Of a DNA stretch of 64,000 nucleotides, positions 1 to 9,465 are shown piece by piece; positions within the stretch are counted from its first letter, which is position 1; each line of letters begins with the position of its first letter. Both the position numbers and the translations under genes were made by a program. The DNA is from Candidatus Levyibacteriota bacterium. GTDB taxonomy: Bacteria; Patescibacteriota; Microgenomatia; Levybacterales; UBA12049. The notes under the pieces are model-generated. The model was not told the origin of the DNA, did not search any database, and saw nothing but the letters and a program-made list of their open reading frames with translations. The DNA lies in contig JAJDCG010000001.1 in the NCBI GenBank assembly GCA_029260965.1, forward strand, positions 20,803-84,802, given 5' to 3'.

Positions 1-264
1 CGAAACTTTAGCGAAAGAAAAATCCCTAGCATACAATAACTGTCCAGTCATCTTTACATGGATTGCAATACTGTAATCATTATCTAGATCTATTAACAGG
101 CCTTTACCAAATCTTCTCACCCTCTGAATTTTGGCACCTTTGCACATGCTTGTCTCTCCTGAAAAAATGCGTCTCAATCGAACATGAACATCTTCAATTT
201 CGTGATCAATTAAATATTTTTGAAGACCCAATCTGATTGTCTCAACCTCAGGTAATTCCGGCAT
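1..264 (-). CDS. Formamidopyrimidine-DNA glycosylase (Fpg/Nei family), N-terminal part only; gene runs off the window edge
   Basis: Reverse-complement translation from ATG at 262-264 gives MPELPEVETIRLGL..., the canonical Fpg/Nei N-terminus. Absent from ORF track because truncated by window edge. Confidence 0.6.
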   Translation of the reverse strand, partial: MPELPEVETIRLGLQKYLIDHEIEDVHVRLRRIFSGETSMCKGAKIQRVRRFGKGLLIDLDNDYSIAIHVKMTGQLLYARDFSFAKVS

Positions 265-294
265 CAGAGGAATTATATCAAAGAATATTGTATA

Positions 295-876
295 ATGCGG
301 AAAATGAAAACAAACATCAAATTTAAAAGCCCCGAGGAATACAAAACTAACGACATATTGATTTCCAGAGAAATAATCAAGAAAAAAATTGAAGAAATGG
401 CAAAACAAATCTCCAAGGAATATAAAAATAACCACATACTGATAATTGGCGTTCTAAAGGGTGCATTTGTACTTGTTGCAGACCTTGTTCAAGCTCTCCA
501 TAATCTAGGCTTTGATAATTTCTCGGTCGAATTCGTGACTGTTTCAAGCTATAAAGGCACGGTCTCAACAGGTATACCTCTAATAACTGACAATATGGAG
601 GAAAACCCCAGAGACGAACACGTGCTTCTAGTTGATGATATTGTAGAAACAGCACTTACACTCTCAACCATTAAAAAAATAATCACAAATCAAAAAGCAA
701 AAAGTGTGAAATCGTTTGTATTACTCTCAAAGCCAACCAGCACAAAACCAGCTCTTAAGCCTGATTTCGTGGGATTTGAAATTCCCGACGTCTGGGTTGA
801 GGGATATGGAATGGATACAAACCAAATAGGACGAGGCAATCCTGATATTATAATTGGACCATCCAGTCAATCTTAA
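295..876 (+). CDS. hpt: Hypoxanthine-guanine phosphoribosyltransferase
   Basis: PRTase PRPP-binding motif VLLVDDIVETALTL and C-terminal VGFEIPDVWVEGYGMD typical of HGPRT; TATAAT-like -10 at 288-293. Confidence 0.85.
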   Translation: MRKMKTNIKFKSPEEYKTNDILISREIIKKKIEEMAKQISKEYKNNHILIIGVLKGAFVLVADLVQALHNLGFDNFSVEFVTVSSYKGTVSTGIPLITDNMEENPRDEHVLLVDDIVETALTLSTIKKIITNQKAKSVKSFVLLSKPTSTKPALKPDFVGFEIPDVWVEGYGMDTNQIGRGNPDIIIGPSSQS

Positions 877-1277
877 AAAGATAATATCGCAACTCCAGCA
901 ATAGTCAAAACAATTCCCAATATCTTCATCGCACCCAAGGGTTCATGAAGAAAAATCCAAGAAAGTAACACTACTACAACAATATAGCTACTTGAAATCG
1001 CTGAGGCCAGTCCAACCGGCAGTTTGGTAAGAGAAAAAACAAATAACAGTGATCCTGCAGCCATCAAAAGTCCTGTAAAAATTCCAAGTGGTAACCCTTC
1101 TGTTGGAAATTTCAAATTCTTCTCGGCCAAATACATGGCTGGAAGCGTAATAATTAGCATGCCAAAAGCCATCAAAACATTTATCTGATAGGCACTAAGC
1201 GACTTCATGGCAAATTTCATCAAAAATGATGCTATTCCCACAAAAAAGACATATCCTGCTAAATATAGATATCCCAT
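873..1277 (-). CDS. Small DMT-superfamily (EamA/ArnE-like) 4-TM membrane protein, last gene of sugar-modification operon
   Basis: 134 aa, four hydrophobic helices, 4-bp overlap with upstream epimerase gene; family assignment by topology only. Confidence 0.45.
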   Translation of the reverse strand: MGYLYLAGYVFFVGIASFLMKFAMKSLSAYQINVLMAFGMLIITLPAMYLAEKNLKFPTEGLPLGIFTGLLMAAGSLLFVFSLTKLPVGLASAISSSYIVVVVLLSWIFLHEPLGAMKILGIVLTIAGVAILSF

Positions 1278-1302
1278 CTTTTTATTTTAACACAAGCTTT
1301 TT

Positions 1303-2277
1303 CTAGCGACTCAACGCTTTTTTAATTTCCACCAAACCTTCTTCAAAATCAACAATTACTTTATATCCCAACTCTTTTTTTATTTTTGCAATATTATATC
1401 GACGCGACTGAGCAGTAAATGCCCAGGTAAATCTGGTAAGAGGAGGATGCGATTTTAGAAATAAAACCTTCCATACAAGCTCAACTACTACCGCTAATCC
1501 ATAGGCAAAGCCTGATGAAATATTCTTTTTGGGAATTTTTAAATTATATATCTTCAGAAGCCTTATCAGATACTCACGAAATGTTAATCCTGCCTCATCT
1601 GTCACATAATAAATTTCTTTATCTTTCCCTTTTTCAAGACTAAGCATAATTGCCTCTGTTACATTCTCAACATGTGATGTTTCAAACAGGCTTTTTCCTT
1701 TATCTATCCAGACAAATCCACCTGATCTTATTTTATCAATAAGCGCATTCGTGCCGTTACTTCCAACTCCCCAAATATATGAGGGTCTTATGATGATAAT
1801 TTTTGTATTTGTTTTTTTAGAATTTGAAAGCGCTATTTCTGCTTCCTTTTTTGCTCTACCATAGTTTGAATTGGGATTTTTGGGATATAGGTATGATTCA
1901 TCAATATCAATTAATGGCTTTTTGTCCTGAAGCGCTGCTTCAGAGCTGATATAAATAAATCTTTTTACCTTTTGCCTAGACGCACTCTCAAACAATTTCT
2001 TGCTCGCAAGAGTTATTGCTTTGTAATAAAAATCCCACGGTCCCCAAAAAGTAACAGGTGCAGCAAGATGAATCACCACATCAACTCCTGAAAGCTGGTC
2101 TTTCCAGTTGTCAATATCATCAAGTGAGCCCTCAACTATTTTAATCCCCTTTTTCTCAAGATCTGAACTTTTATCAGGACTTCTTGAGAGAATACTCACA
2201 ACATGTTTTTCTTCCAGCAAACGCTTAAGCACATGCCTTCCCAAAAATCCTGTTGCTCCAGTTACAAACACTTTCAT
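1303..2277 (-). CDS. NAD-dependent epimerase/dehydratase (extended SDR family)
   Basis: N-terminal Rossmann motif MKVFVTGATGFLGRHV, YxxxK-type SDR architecture, length about 320 aa. Confidence 0.8.
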   Translation of the reverse strand: MKVFVTGATGFLGRHVLKRLLEEKHVVSILSRSPDKSSDLEKKGIKIVEGSLDDIDNWKDQLSGVDVVIHLAAPVTFWGPWDFYYKAITLASKKLFESASRQKVKRFIYISSEAALQDKKPLIDIDESYLYPKNPNSNYGRAKKEAEIALSNSKKTNTKIIIIRPSYIWGVGSNGTNALIDKIRSGGFVWIDKGKSLFETSHVENVTEAIMLSLEKGKDKEIYYVTDEAGLTFREYLIRLLKIYNLKIPKKNISSGFAYGLAVVVELVWKVLFLKSHPPLTRFTWAFTAQSRRYNIAKIKKELGYKVIVDFEEGLVEIKKALSR

Positions 2278-2777
2278 GTCTTATTTATTTTATTATTTAC
2301 AAACTCGCTTATTTGTTTTTTAAATCTCGCAGAAGAAAATTTCCCTGCTTGCTTGATACAATTTTCCTTAAAAATGTCATTCTGAGCAGAGAAAAGAATC
2401 TCAAATCTTTTTATAGCCTCATTCAGCGCCTCTGAAGTGTTCTTATCAAAGAACAATCCAGTCGCAGACCCTGAACTCTTCAAAGGGTCAATTACCGTTT
2501 CTTTTACTCCACCCGAATGATAAGCAATAACTGGCGTCCCACACATCATCGCCTCAACTGGTGTAATCCCAAAATCCTCATCAACGGATGCAAAAACAAA
2601 CGCCCTAGCATTTGTCATCAGTTCTAATTTCTGCTCATCAGTTACCTCACCCAAGAATTCTATATTTTCTTGCTTGTTGCTTTTTGCTTTTTGCTTTAAC
2701 TCCTCCTCAAATCCCGCAAATCCTTTCCCAAATATTTTAAGTGGTAATTTATTTTCATTAAAAGCTTTCACTATCAC
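2274..2777 (-). CDS. Glycosyltransferase family 1/4 C-terminal half (fragment; out of frame with N-terminal half at 2813-3454)
   Basis: GT-B C-terminal signature region EVTDEQKLELMTNARAFVFASVDEDFGITPVEAMMCGTPVIAYHSGG; start lies 35 nt downstream of the stop of the N-terminal fragment and in a different frame. Confidence 0.7.
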   Translation of the reverse strand: MIVKAFNENKLPLKIFGKGFAGFEEELKQKAKSNKQENIEFLGEVTDEQKLELMTNARAFVFASVDEDFGITPVEAMMCGTPVIAYHSGGVKETVIDPLKSSGSATGLFFDKNTSEALNEAIKRFEILFSAQNDIFKENCIKQAGKFSSARFKKQISEFVNNKINKT

Positions 2778-2812
2778 ATCAACACCTTTTGCTCTAGCCA
2801 GTCTCCCACCTG

Positions 2813-3454
2813 TCAGGTAATAATTACTGGATCTTGGATCTTGGATCTTGGATCTTGGATTTCAACTGGCGGATATATAACTGTCGCATCTTGCTGATAA
2901 AATTTCTTGATCCTGCCTTTTACTTCTTCAGAATTGGCAATAAAATAATCAACGTTTTTTGAAGCTAAAAAATCTACTTTTCTCAAAAAATAATTTGCAA
3001 TTTCTGCAAAAAAAGCAAAAAACTTGTTTTTTTTCCAGTCTCTGGCTGTCTTATATCCATATAAATATCTCGGAGGTGTATGGGTGTAGCAAATCAGAAT
3101 TGGATCTTTGATCTTTGATCTTTGATCTTTGAATCTGTTCCCAACCCAGTTGGGAAAATATGCTCCAGTTTGCGAGACAATCACCACGTCATAGCCTGAC
3201 AAATCAAGGCTGGAGAAAGCAAAAGGAGATAAAAGACGAAGAGGTGAAATCAATTTCTGGCGAAATGGAATCTTGTCCAGAAATGTCGTCTTTATTTTAT
3301 ATTTCTCAAACCTTTTTCTATGCGGACCAAGATAGTCTGGTGCATAAATAGATGTATAGACAGTAGCATCAGGATAAATCTGAAGAAGTGTCTCAAGCAC
3401 TCGCTCTGCCCCACCGTATTCTTTTATGTAATCATGAACTATCGCAACTTTCAT
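2813..3454 (-). CDS. Glycosyltransferase family 4 N-terminal half; reading frame terminates inside a (GGATCTT)n heptanucleotide tract
   Basis: N-terminal GT4 domain (MKVAIVHDYIKEYGGAERV...); C-terminal residues IQDPRSKIQDPVIIT-stop are encoded by the tandem repeat at 2829-2860; second in-frame heptad tract at 3102-3135 encodes KDQRSKIKDP. Confidence 0.7.
   Translation of the reverse strand: MKVAIVHDYIKEYGGAERVLETLLQIYPDATVYTSIYAPDYLGPHRKRFEKYKIKTTFLDKIPFRQKLISPLRLLSPFAFSSLDLSGYDVVIVSQTGAYFPNWVGNRFKDQRSKIKDPILICYTHTPPRYLYGYKTARDWKKNKFFAFFAEIANYFLRKVDFLASKNVDYFIANSEEVKGRIKKFYQQDATVIYPPVEIQDPRSKIQDPVIIT
2829..2860. repeat. Tandem heptanucleotide repeat (GGATCTT)x4.5, GATC every 7 bp; terminates GT N-fragment
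   Basis: Direct reading: ggatcttggatcttggatcttggatcttggat; unit length 7 is not a multiple of 3, so copy-number change shifts frame. Confidence 0.9.
3102..3135. repeat. Tandem heptanucleotide repeat (GATCTTT)x4 plus degenerate unit, in-frame inside GT N-fragment
   Basis: Direct reading: ggatctttgatctttgatctttgatctttgaatc. Confidence 0.85.
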
Positions 3455-3498
3455 TTCCTGATTATAGCTTTTTTATGAGTGTTTGGCGAGAAAAAATA

Positions 3499-3526
3499 TT
3501 GACAACTTTAACAAAACACTTATACT
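3499..3526 (+). promoter_or_regulatory. Sigma70-like promoter TTGACA-16bp-TATACT, probably leaderless for ORF at 3535
   Basis: ttgaca at 3499-3504, tatact at 3521-3526, ATG at 3535-3537 only 9 nt downstream of the -10. Confidence 0.5.
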
Positions 3527-3534
3527 TTCATTGC

Positions 3535-3744
3535 ATGGAAGATAAAGCTGACAGTAATGAGCAACAAACCCAAACTATAGAAGGTGTTTTTTTTGAGGTA
3601 AGAAATTACCTTTCAGATCCTTCACATCGCTTAAGAATCAATGTTGTTAATGACTGTGCAAAATTTATTGAAGGTGGAGCAACAAATAAAATAATACTAG
3701 AAGCAATAACGGATCCTGAAAATCAAATTAGTTCTTCTTCATAA
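3535..3744 (+). CDS. Small hypothetical protein (69 aa); the ORF-track start at 3388 overlaps the divergent GT gene and is unlikely
   Basis: Internal ATG at 3535 (MEDKADSNEQQ...) sits directly behind a consensus promoter. Confidence 0.35.
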   Translation: MEDKADSNEQQTQTIEGVFFEVRNYLSDPSHRLRINVVNDCAKFIEGGATNKIILEAITDPENQISSSS

Positions 3745-3753
3745 AACGCTAGA

Positions 3754-3990
3754 ATGGAACAAATAAAACAAGAAGTAAGAATCAATTGCTCTAAAAATAC
3801 TGACTACATTACTACACTGGCAGAATTCTGGGATAAATTTTATAAAAAACTTCTCAATGCTGAAAAAACAAGACTTAGATCTACTAGTCCTGCTATAAAA
3901 CCCGATTCAACACTTGAACAAAGAACAGCGGAGGGAAATATTGCAGCAGGTTTAAGAGAACAAATAGAACAAGCTAGCTTCAATGGCTAA
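3754..3990 (+). CDS. Small hypothetical protein (78 aa)
   Basis: ORF follows previous small gene with 9-nt gap; no recognisable motif. Confidence 0.3.
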   Translation: MEQIKQEVRINCSKNTDYITTLAEFWDKFYKKLLNAEKTRLRSTSPAIKPDSTLEQRTAEGNIAAGLREQIEQASFNG

Positions 3991-4988
3991 ACATCAAATC
4001 CAAGCTGTTCTCCATCACTCTTGCTGTCTTCTTTTTCTTCTTCAGGTTCTGATTTTTTATTCAAACCAAACACATCATCAAACCTCTTTGTCAGGCTTTT
4101 AAATCCCTGGTCCACAAACTCTTTATGAAGCGCCGTAGGGTCAAAATCCAAGATCTTGCATTTCTCAGGATCAAATTGGATTGGTACGTCTGTTACGATT
4201 TGCGCCAGCTTCTTGGCAAGTGCTGCCTGCTCAGCATCAGTTGCGAGTTTAAGACCTATTTTCTCAGGCAGATTCCCTACATGTTTGTAAAGATTCTCGA
4301 AAGTGCCATATTCTTGTATGAGCTTGGCTGCAGTCTTGGGCCCAATGCCCGCCACCCCTGGATAACCATCAGACGGGTCTCCAATCAGTGCTTTGTAATC
4401 AACAAACTGAGAAGGAGTAACACCATACTTCTCCTCAACTGACTTTTCATCCATCAAAAGCGTTTTAGTAATACCAGTTATCGGCATAAGGATCTTTACA
4501 TGCCCATTTACAAGCTGCAGCAAATCCCGATCACCTGTTACTATGATAATTTCCAATTTCAAATTTTTTTTCTTTTTTTTATTTGAAATTTGAGATTTGG
4601 AATTGGTATTATTGGTATTTATTCTGGCCGCTTGCGAAGCAATGGTGCCAAGGAGGTCATCTGCCTCATATCCATCCAGTTCAAATACCGCGACTTTCAG
4701 CTTTTCCAAAAAGTCATGAACAAGTGCGATTTGAGGCACAAAATCCTCAGGCAAATCAGGTCTACCCTGTTGGTATCCCGCAAACATAGTTTGTCTAAAA
4801 GTAGGCTTGGGTCTATCAAAACAAACCGCCAGATACTCTGGTTTTTGATCCTGGATAATAAGAAGAAGCATAGAGAAAAAGCCATAAACAGCATTTATTA
4901 CCATTCCCTGATTATTGGTAAGAGGTGGATATGCATGATAAGCCCTGTGCAGAATGGCATTCCCATCTATCAAAATAAGTCTACTCAC
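3987..4988 (-). CDS. Stand-alone 5'-3' exonuclease (FEN-like / PolA N-terminal domain homolog) with low-complexity K/N-rich insertion
   Basis: N-terminus MSRLILIDGNAILHRAYHA, LGTIASQA, IVTGDRDLLQL, helix-hairpin-helix GVAGIGPKTAAKLI are hallmark 5'-3' exo motifs; no polymerase domain follows; insertion NTNNTNSKSQISNKKKKKNLK is encoded by homopolymer-rich DNA at about 4545-4640. Confidence 0.8.
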   Translation of the reverse strand: MSRLILIDGNAILHRAYHAYPPLTNNQGMVINAVYGFFSMLLLIIQDQKPEYLAVCFDRPKPTFRQTMFAGYQQGRPDLPEDFVPQIALVHDFLEKLKVAVFELDGYEADDLLGTIASQAARINTNNTNSKSQISNKKKKKNLKLEIIIVTGDRDLLQLVNGHVKILMPITGITKTLLMDEKSVEEKYGVTPSQFVDYKALIGDPSDGYPGVAGIGPKTAAKLIQEYGTFENLYKHVGNLPEKIGLKLATDAEQAALAKKLAQIVTDVPIQFDPEKCKILDFDPTALHKEFVDQGFKSLTKRFDDVFGLNKKSEPEEEKEDSKSDGEQLGFDV

Positions 4989-4997
4989 CTTTGTATT

Positions 4998-5378
4998 CTA
5001 ACATAGGTTTATTTTTTTAACTTCCAAAATCTCAGAAACAAAATTTTCAAAGTCCGTAACAGTCTGACCAAACCATAAAACTCCGTGATCTTTCAATATT
5101 AACCAGTCATCCCCTATACGCTTTATCTCGCGCACAATTTTATCCACAGATTCAAATCTTCCGTACTCAATAACTTTTTCAGTTTTGTGATCATCAAACC
5201 TAGACCCCCGAGTTATTTCATTTTGATGAAAATGAATTGCCATTCTTTTCTTTCCCAACATTTCCAAAGCTGCAGCCATCTCAATATCAAATGTCGGGAT
5301 TTTCACACCTGTAAAATATGCTAAATTTTCTTTTTTTGAAAAATGATGAACCAAGCTAAAATTGTTTGGACTCATCAA
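4998..5378 (-). CDS. Hypothetical protein, possibly short class II aldolase/adducin-like
   Basis: C-terminal LILKDHGVLWFGQTVTDFENFVSEILE resembles the class II aldolase HG...G...EA segment; too short (126 aa) for a full aldolase; weak. Confidence 0.25.
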   Translation of the reverse strand: MMSPNNFSLVHHFSKKENLAYFTGVKIPTFDIEMAAALEMLGKKRMAIHFHQNEITRGSRFDDHKTEKVIEYGRFESVDKIVREIKRIGDDWLILKDHGVLWFGQTVTDFENFVSEILEVKKINLC

Positions 5379-5396
5379 AGTCTTATCTGTATATGT

Positions 5397-5582
5397 TTAC
5401 GAAACCAAATATTCTCTGTTAGTTCTGAAAGCTAATGCGCCATCTGTCGGCGCCCTGTTCCACAAATCATATTCATGATAAACTCTTCTTAATCCCTCAA
5501 TCTCTGGCTGCAAACTTTCCTGCGCACCCTGCAATCTCATCTCTGCATCCGCTGAGCTATCTCTTCTTGCCTCATATTTCAA
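5397..5582 (-). CDS. Hypothetical small protein, translationally coupled (ATGA overlap) to upstream gene
   Basis: 4-bp overlap 5579-5582 with preceding ORF; no motif. Confidence 0.3.
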   Translation of the reverse strand: MKYEARRDSSADAEMRLQGAQESLQPEIEGLRRVYHEYDLWNRAPTDGALAFRTNREYLVS

Positions 5583-6082
5583 ACGGACCGTCTCTCACAA
5601 ACCATACTGTCTGCTGCATATCTTGCAGAAACTGTCCTGATGCCACGCTCCCTATCTAACTCGCTTGGATAAATTGTATGTAAATTCAATCTCCTATCCA
5701 AATCCCGTATTTCACTTCCTTGCTTCATATCATAATTATCAGAGTATGCAGAAACAACATTGATTCTTGCATTCGGTATTTGCCCGAGTCTTTTCAAATA
5801 TTCTTGCTCTTGTTGATTTAAGCCTAGTGGATTTATGGGTCCGATCAAAACAAAAGATACAGATCTGCCCAATCTTGATAATTCTCCCCATGAAAGTCTT
5901 TGTGGAACAATTCCATACAGATCGCGCACTTCATCAAAAGCTGGTTTAAAAATACGCGATTCTACATAATCATTAAATCTACCCTTAGGAGGCACTACGA
6001 AATGGTATGAAAAATCAGAAACAGTCGGCTGCTCCCTGAAATCAATGAGATTAGGTCTTGTTCTCAAGCGTTTCTGAATCAT
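5579..6082 (-). CDS. Hypothetical protein (167 aa)
   Basis: Long ORF with typical coding composition; no confidently recognisable family. Confidence 0.4.
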   Translation of the reverse strand: MIQKRLRTRPNLIDFREQPTVSDFSYHFVVPPKGRFNDYVESRIFKPAFDEVRDLYGIVPQRLSWGELSRLGRSVSFVLIGPINPLGLNQQEQEYLKRLGQIPNARINVVSAYSDNYDMKQGSEIRDLDRRLNLHTIYPSELDRERGIRTVSARYAADSMVCERRSV

Positions 6083-6089
6083 AAATAAA

Positions 6090-6797
6090 TTATCTCTGTT
6101 TTAGGTTTATTATTAGCGGATTAAAGTCAGTCTTTTTATCAAAATAATCCTCGTTCTCAGCCTTTTTTACTTTAGCAACTGCATAGTATGTGACCGGTGT
6201 CATTACAGTCTCTACCATTACTTTCAACAACCAGCCTGAGAGGATTGTCTGAAATAACAAACCAGATGGTATAACATTTGACAGTGCAATAGAATAAAAA
6301 AGAACCGTGTCAAAAAACTGTCCGGCGATTGTGGACCCTATCGTTCTTGTCCAAAGATATTTTCCTTTTGTCATCACTTTCATCTTTGCCAAAACAAAAT
6401 CATTGACAAATTGTCCTGCAAAAAAAGCAATTAATCCTCCCACAACTATTCTAGGCGCCTGCCCAAATACAATCGTATATGCGTCATTAAATTTGAATCC
6501 AAGAGCCGGTGGCATAATAACTACAAAGGTGTAAATTACCGCTGTCAAAATCTGAGCAAATATCAATATCCATGTTGCGCGCCTTGCGTGTCTGTATCCA
6601 TAAACCTCGGTTAATAAATCCCCTATTAGGTAAGTTAAAGGAAAATAAAAAACTGTTACCGAAACAGGAAAGATCCATAGTTGGGTTATTTTCCCAGCAG
6701 TAGTATTGGCAATTATTATCATCGCCACATCAAGCCAGATGATAAGCTCTAAATACTTGTATGCCTTATTGGAGCTATTCTTTAAATAATTTTTCAT
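6090..6797 (-). CDS. Queuosine-precursor transporter family (YhhQ/COG1738, DUF165) membrane protein
   Basis: Motif PLTYLIGDLLTEVYGYRHARRATW matches the conserved YhhQ-family core (..TYxxxDxxxEVYG...A); about 6 TM helices, 235 aa. Confidence 0.6.
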   Translation of the reverse strand: MKNYLKNSSNKAYKYLELIIWLDVAMIIIANTTAGKITQLWIFPVSVTVFYFPLTYLIGDLLTEVYGYRHARRATWILIFAQILTAVIYTFVVIMPPALGFKFNDAYTIVFGQAPRIVVGGLIAFFAGQFVNDFVLAKMKVMTKGKYLWTRTIGSTIAGQFFDTVLFYSIALSNVIPSGLLFQTILSGWLLKVMVETVMTPVTYYAVAKVKKAENEDYFDKKTDFNPLIINLKQR

Positions 6798-6841
6798 TTG
6801 ATTTAGAGTATGATATCTGTTAATGATGTTTTAACCAAATT

Positions 6842-7567
6842 ATGTTAAAATTAATCATGACCAATTATTTGCTGCGCTCACTTACGCCTCAATCTATTGA
6901 GATCTACAAAGCATTACTCAAGAATGATAAGCTAACAGCTAAAGACATTGCAGAAAAACTAGATATCCTCCCCCATGCAGTTTACCGAAGTATTAAGCAG
7001 CTACTTGAGCTTGGCTTTGTTCGCGAACTTGATACGTACCCAAATGTCTATGATGCAACCACACTTGAGCGCGCGCTCAATCGCTATCAAGTAATAATAA
7101 GTGATAATTTTAACTCCATATTTGGACTTATTCAGCATAATAAAAACGAGCTACTTGATATCTCCTTTATCCAAAAAAGATCTCAGCTTCTTGACATGAC
7201 AAATGCAGATGTTGAGCGTGCAAAGAAAAAAATAAACTTTATTGTATCTGGATTTGAAGTACCTGCCGAGACTGTTCGCGTTTATAAAAAAGCGATTGAT
7301 AGAGGGGTCAAAATCCGCGTTCTTATTCAGGAATTAAACCAAAAAGAAATATTTAAAAATTGGCAAAAAATGGGTATAAAAGTCAAATATTTTCCCAGAA
7401 TGGAGGCCAGGATTTTTATTTTTGACGAAAAAATAGTCTTCTTCACATCATACGATAAAAAGCACAAACAAGAAGCCATTGGTATGCGATTTAACCATCC
7501 CCCATTTGCCAGGATGATGAGGGAGATGTTTGATGCGAGATGGAAAGTTGGGGAAGAAATTGATTAA
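6842..7567 (+). CDS. TrmB-like HTH transcriptional regulator
   Basis: N-terminal winged-helix segment IEIYKALLKNDKLTAKDIAEKLDILPHAVYRSIKQLLELGFV typical of TrmB family; C-terminal effector-like domain. Confidence 0.55.
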   Translation: MLKLIMTNYLLRSLTPQSIEIYKALLKNDKLTAKDIAEKLDILPHAVYRSIKQLLELGFVRELDTYPNVYDATTLERALNRYQVIISDNFNSIFGLIQHNKNELLDISFIQKRSQLLDMTNADVERAKKKINFIVSGFEVPAETVRVYKKAIDRGVKIRVLIQELNQKEIFKNWQKMGIKVKYFPRMEARIFIFDEKIVFFTSYDKKHKQEAIGMRFNHPPFARMMREMFDARWKVGEEID

Positions 7568-9456
7568 TTTTTGACAGGTACTGTTGCCAAACCTTTTTTA
7601 ACACCTATTAATTTAATAAAATCTTCAGAATCAATTGTTTCTTTTTTGAGAAGCTCCATAGCAAGAGTATCAAGCTTTTTTCTAAGCTTCACCAAGACCT
7701 CATTTGCCTTTTTGTAGGCTGCATCAGATATTTTTTTAACCTCTGCATCAATTTTGGCAGCCATTTCTGGTGAAACATCTGATTGTTCATAAATTGATCT
7801 ACCTGAATCGTATGTAATAGGACCCAAATCGCTCATGCCAAATTTGGTTACCATAGCTCGAGCAACCTGAGTCGCCTTGTCAATATCATCACTAGCTCCA
7901 GTTGTAATATCTTTAAAAACAAGACTCTCCGCAGCGCGCCCTCCCATCATCACAGCAATCTGCTCAAGAAGATGCGCCTTGGTCTCATGCACTCTTTCTA
8001 TTGATTCAGTCATCGTGTGTCCCAGGCTCATACCACGTGAGACAATTGAAATGCGATGGATTGGATCAACATGGGGCATTTCCCAGGCAACAAGTGCATG
8101 TCCTGCCTCGTGATAGGCTGTCATCTTGCGGTCATGATCTGACTGAAGCCTTTTTTTCTCAGGACCCAATTTAACACGTGTTGCTGATTCTTCAAGATCA
8201 GCCATGTCAATTGCTTTTTTAGAGTGTCTTGCTGCTGCAATTGCTGCCTCATTGAGCATATTCTCAAGATCAGCGCCCGAAAATCCAACAGTTCTCTTGG
8301 CTACTTTTTGCCAATCAACCTTACCATCAAAGGGCTTACCCTTAGCATGAATCTCAAGAATTTTCTTTCTTCCCTCAACATCTGGCAGATCCAAAACAAC
8401 TCGACGGTCGAATCGACCAGGCCTTACTAATGCGGGATCCAAAACGTCTGGTCTATTAGTTGCTGCCATCACAATAACATGCTCGTTTGGTGTAAATCCA
8501 TCCATCTCAACTAAAATCTGATTAAGGGTCTGCTCACGTTCATCATGGCCTCCCATCATGCCAACTCCCCGCTGACGACCAATTGCATCAACCTCGTCAA
8601 TGAATATTATTGCAGGCTGGGCTTTTTTGGCAGTATTAAATAAATCACGAACTCTGCTTGCACCCACCCCAACAAGCATTTCCATAAATTCTGAACCTGC
8701 CATTGAGAAAAAAGAAACCCCGGCCTCACCTGCTGTAGCTCGTGCCAAAAGCGTCTTGCCGGTTCCAGCAGGTCCAACCATCAAAACTCCTTTGGGGGTT
8801 CTAGCACCCATGGCGCGATATTTAACTGGACTTTTTAGAAAATCAACAATCTCAGCAAGCTCTTGCTTAGCCTCGTCAACTCCTGCAACATCAGCAAAAG
8901 TGACCTTGGGGTTATCTTTATTAAAAAGCTTGGCCCGAGACTGACCAAAAGAAAAAATACCCTCCTGTGCTCCTCGTGCCTGACGAAAAATAAAATAGAA
9001 AAACCCGATCATCAGAGCAATTGGGAGAACAGCTGAGAGAATACCAAACAAATTATTCATAGCAGTCTCATCCCTAACCGTTACCTTGGTCTTATCAAGA
9101 CTGATTCCTGCATCTCTAAAAATTGTATAAATATTTGAGCCGGGCTCTTTTACAGACTCAAACTCTTTATCGTCTTTTGTAGTTACTGTCAGTTGCTCAC
9201 CATTGATAGAAATCTCCTTAACATTACCCTTCTCGACCTCATCAATCACCCGTGACAAGGGTTCATTATTCTGCTGATCAGTTGTTGCACCTATTGCAGA
9301 GAATGTAAAAAGTGAAAAAAGAAGAAGGGTGCCATAAAGAAGTATGTTTTTCCAAGAAAAACCGCCTTTATGCTTATGGTTTCTTCTCTTACTGTTTGGG
9401 GAAAGCTTCCTACCTCGTACTACTGCCATATTAAAGTAGTTGTGAGTATAGCACAA
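7564..9456 (-). CDS. ftsH: ATP-dependent zinc metalloprotease FtsH
   Basis: N-terminal TM pair, AAA Walker [14 protein letters not shown], Walker [13 protein letters not shown], zinc motif HEAGHAL. Confidence 0.92.
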   Translation of the reverse strand: MCYTHNYFNMAVVRGRKLSPNSKRRNHKHKGGFSWKNILLYGTLLLFSLFTFSAIGATTDQQNNEPLSRVIDEVEKGNVKEISINGEQLTVTTKDDKEFESVKEPGSNIYTIFRDAGISLDKTKVTVRDETAMNNLFGILSAVLPIALMIGFFYFIFRQARGAQEGIFSFGQSRAKLFNKDNPKVTFADVAGVDEAKQELAEIVDFLKSPVKYRAMGARTPKGVLMVGPAGTGKTLLARATAGEAGVSFFSMAGSEFMEMLVGVGASRVRDLFNTAKKAQPAIIFIDEVDAIGRQRGVGMMGGHDEREQTLNQILVEMDGFTPNEHVIVMAATNRPDVLDPALVRPGRFDRRVVLDLPDVEGRKKILEIHAKGKPFDGKVDWQKVAKRTVGFSGADLENMLNEAAIAAARHSKKAIDMADLEESATRVKLGPEKKRLQSDHDRKMTAYHEAGHALVAWEMPHVDPIHRISIVSRGMSLGHTMTESIERVHETKAHLLEQIAVMMGGRAAESLVFKDITTGASDDIDKATQVARAMVTKFGMSDLGPITYDSGRSIYEQSDVSPEMAAKIDAEVKKISDAAYKKANEVLVKLRKKLDTLAMELLKKETIDSEDFIKLIGVKKGLATVPVKN

Positions 9457-9465
9457 AAACTAGAC

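Noticed and set aside
2829-2860. Short tandem repeats considered as a possible CRISPR array
   Set aside because: Units are 7 bp with no unique spacers, and the copies lie inside coding sequence. No cas genes are nearby.
3388-3534. N-terminal extension of the 118-aa ORF
   Set aside because: It overlaps the divergent GT gene start, and a consensus promoter lies inside it. The internal ATG at 3535 is used instead.
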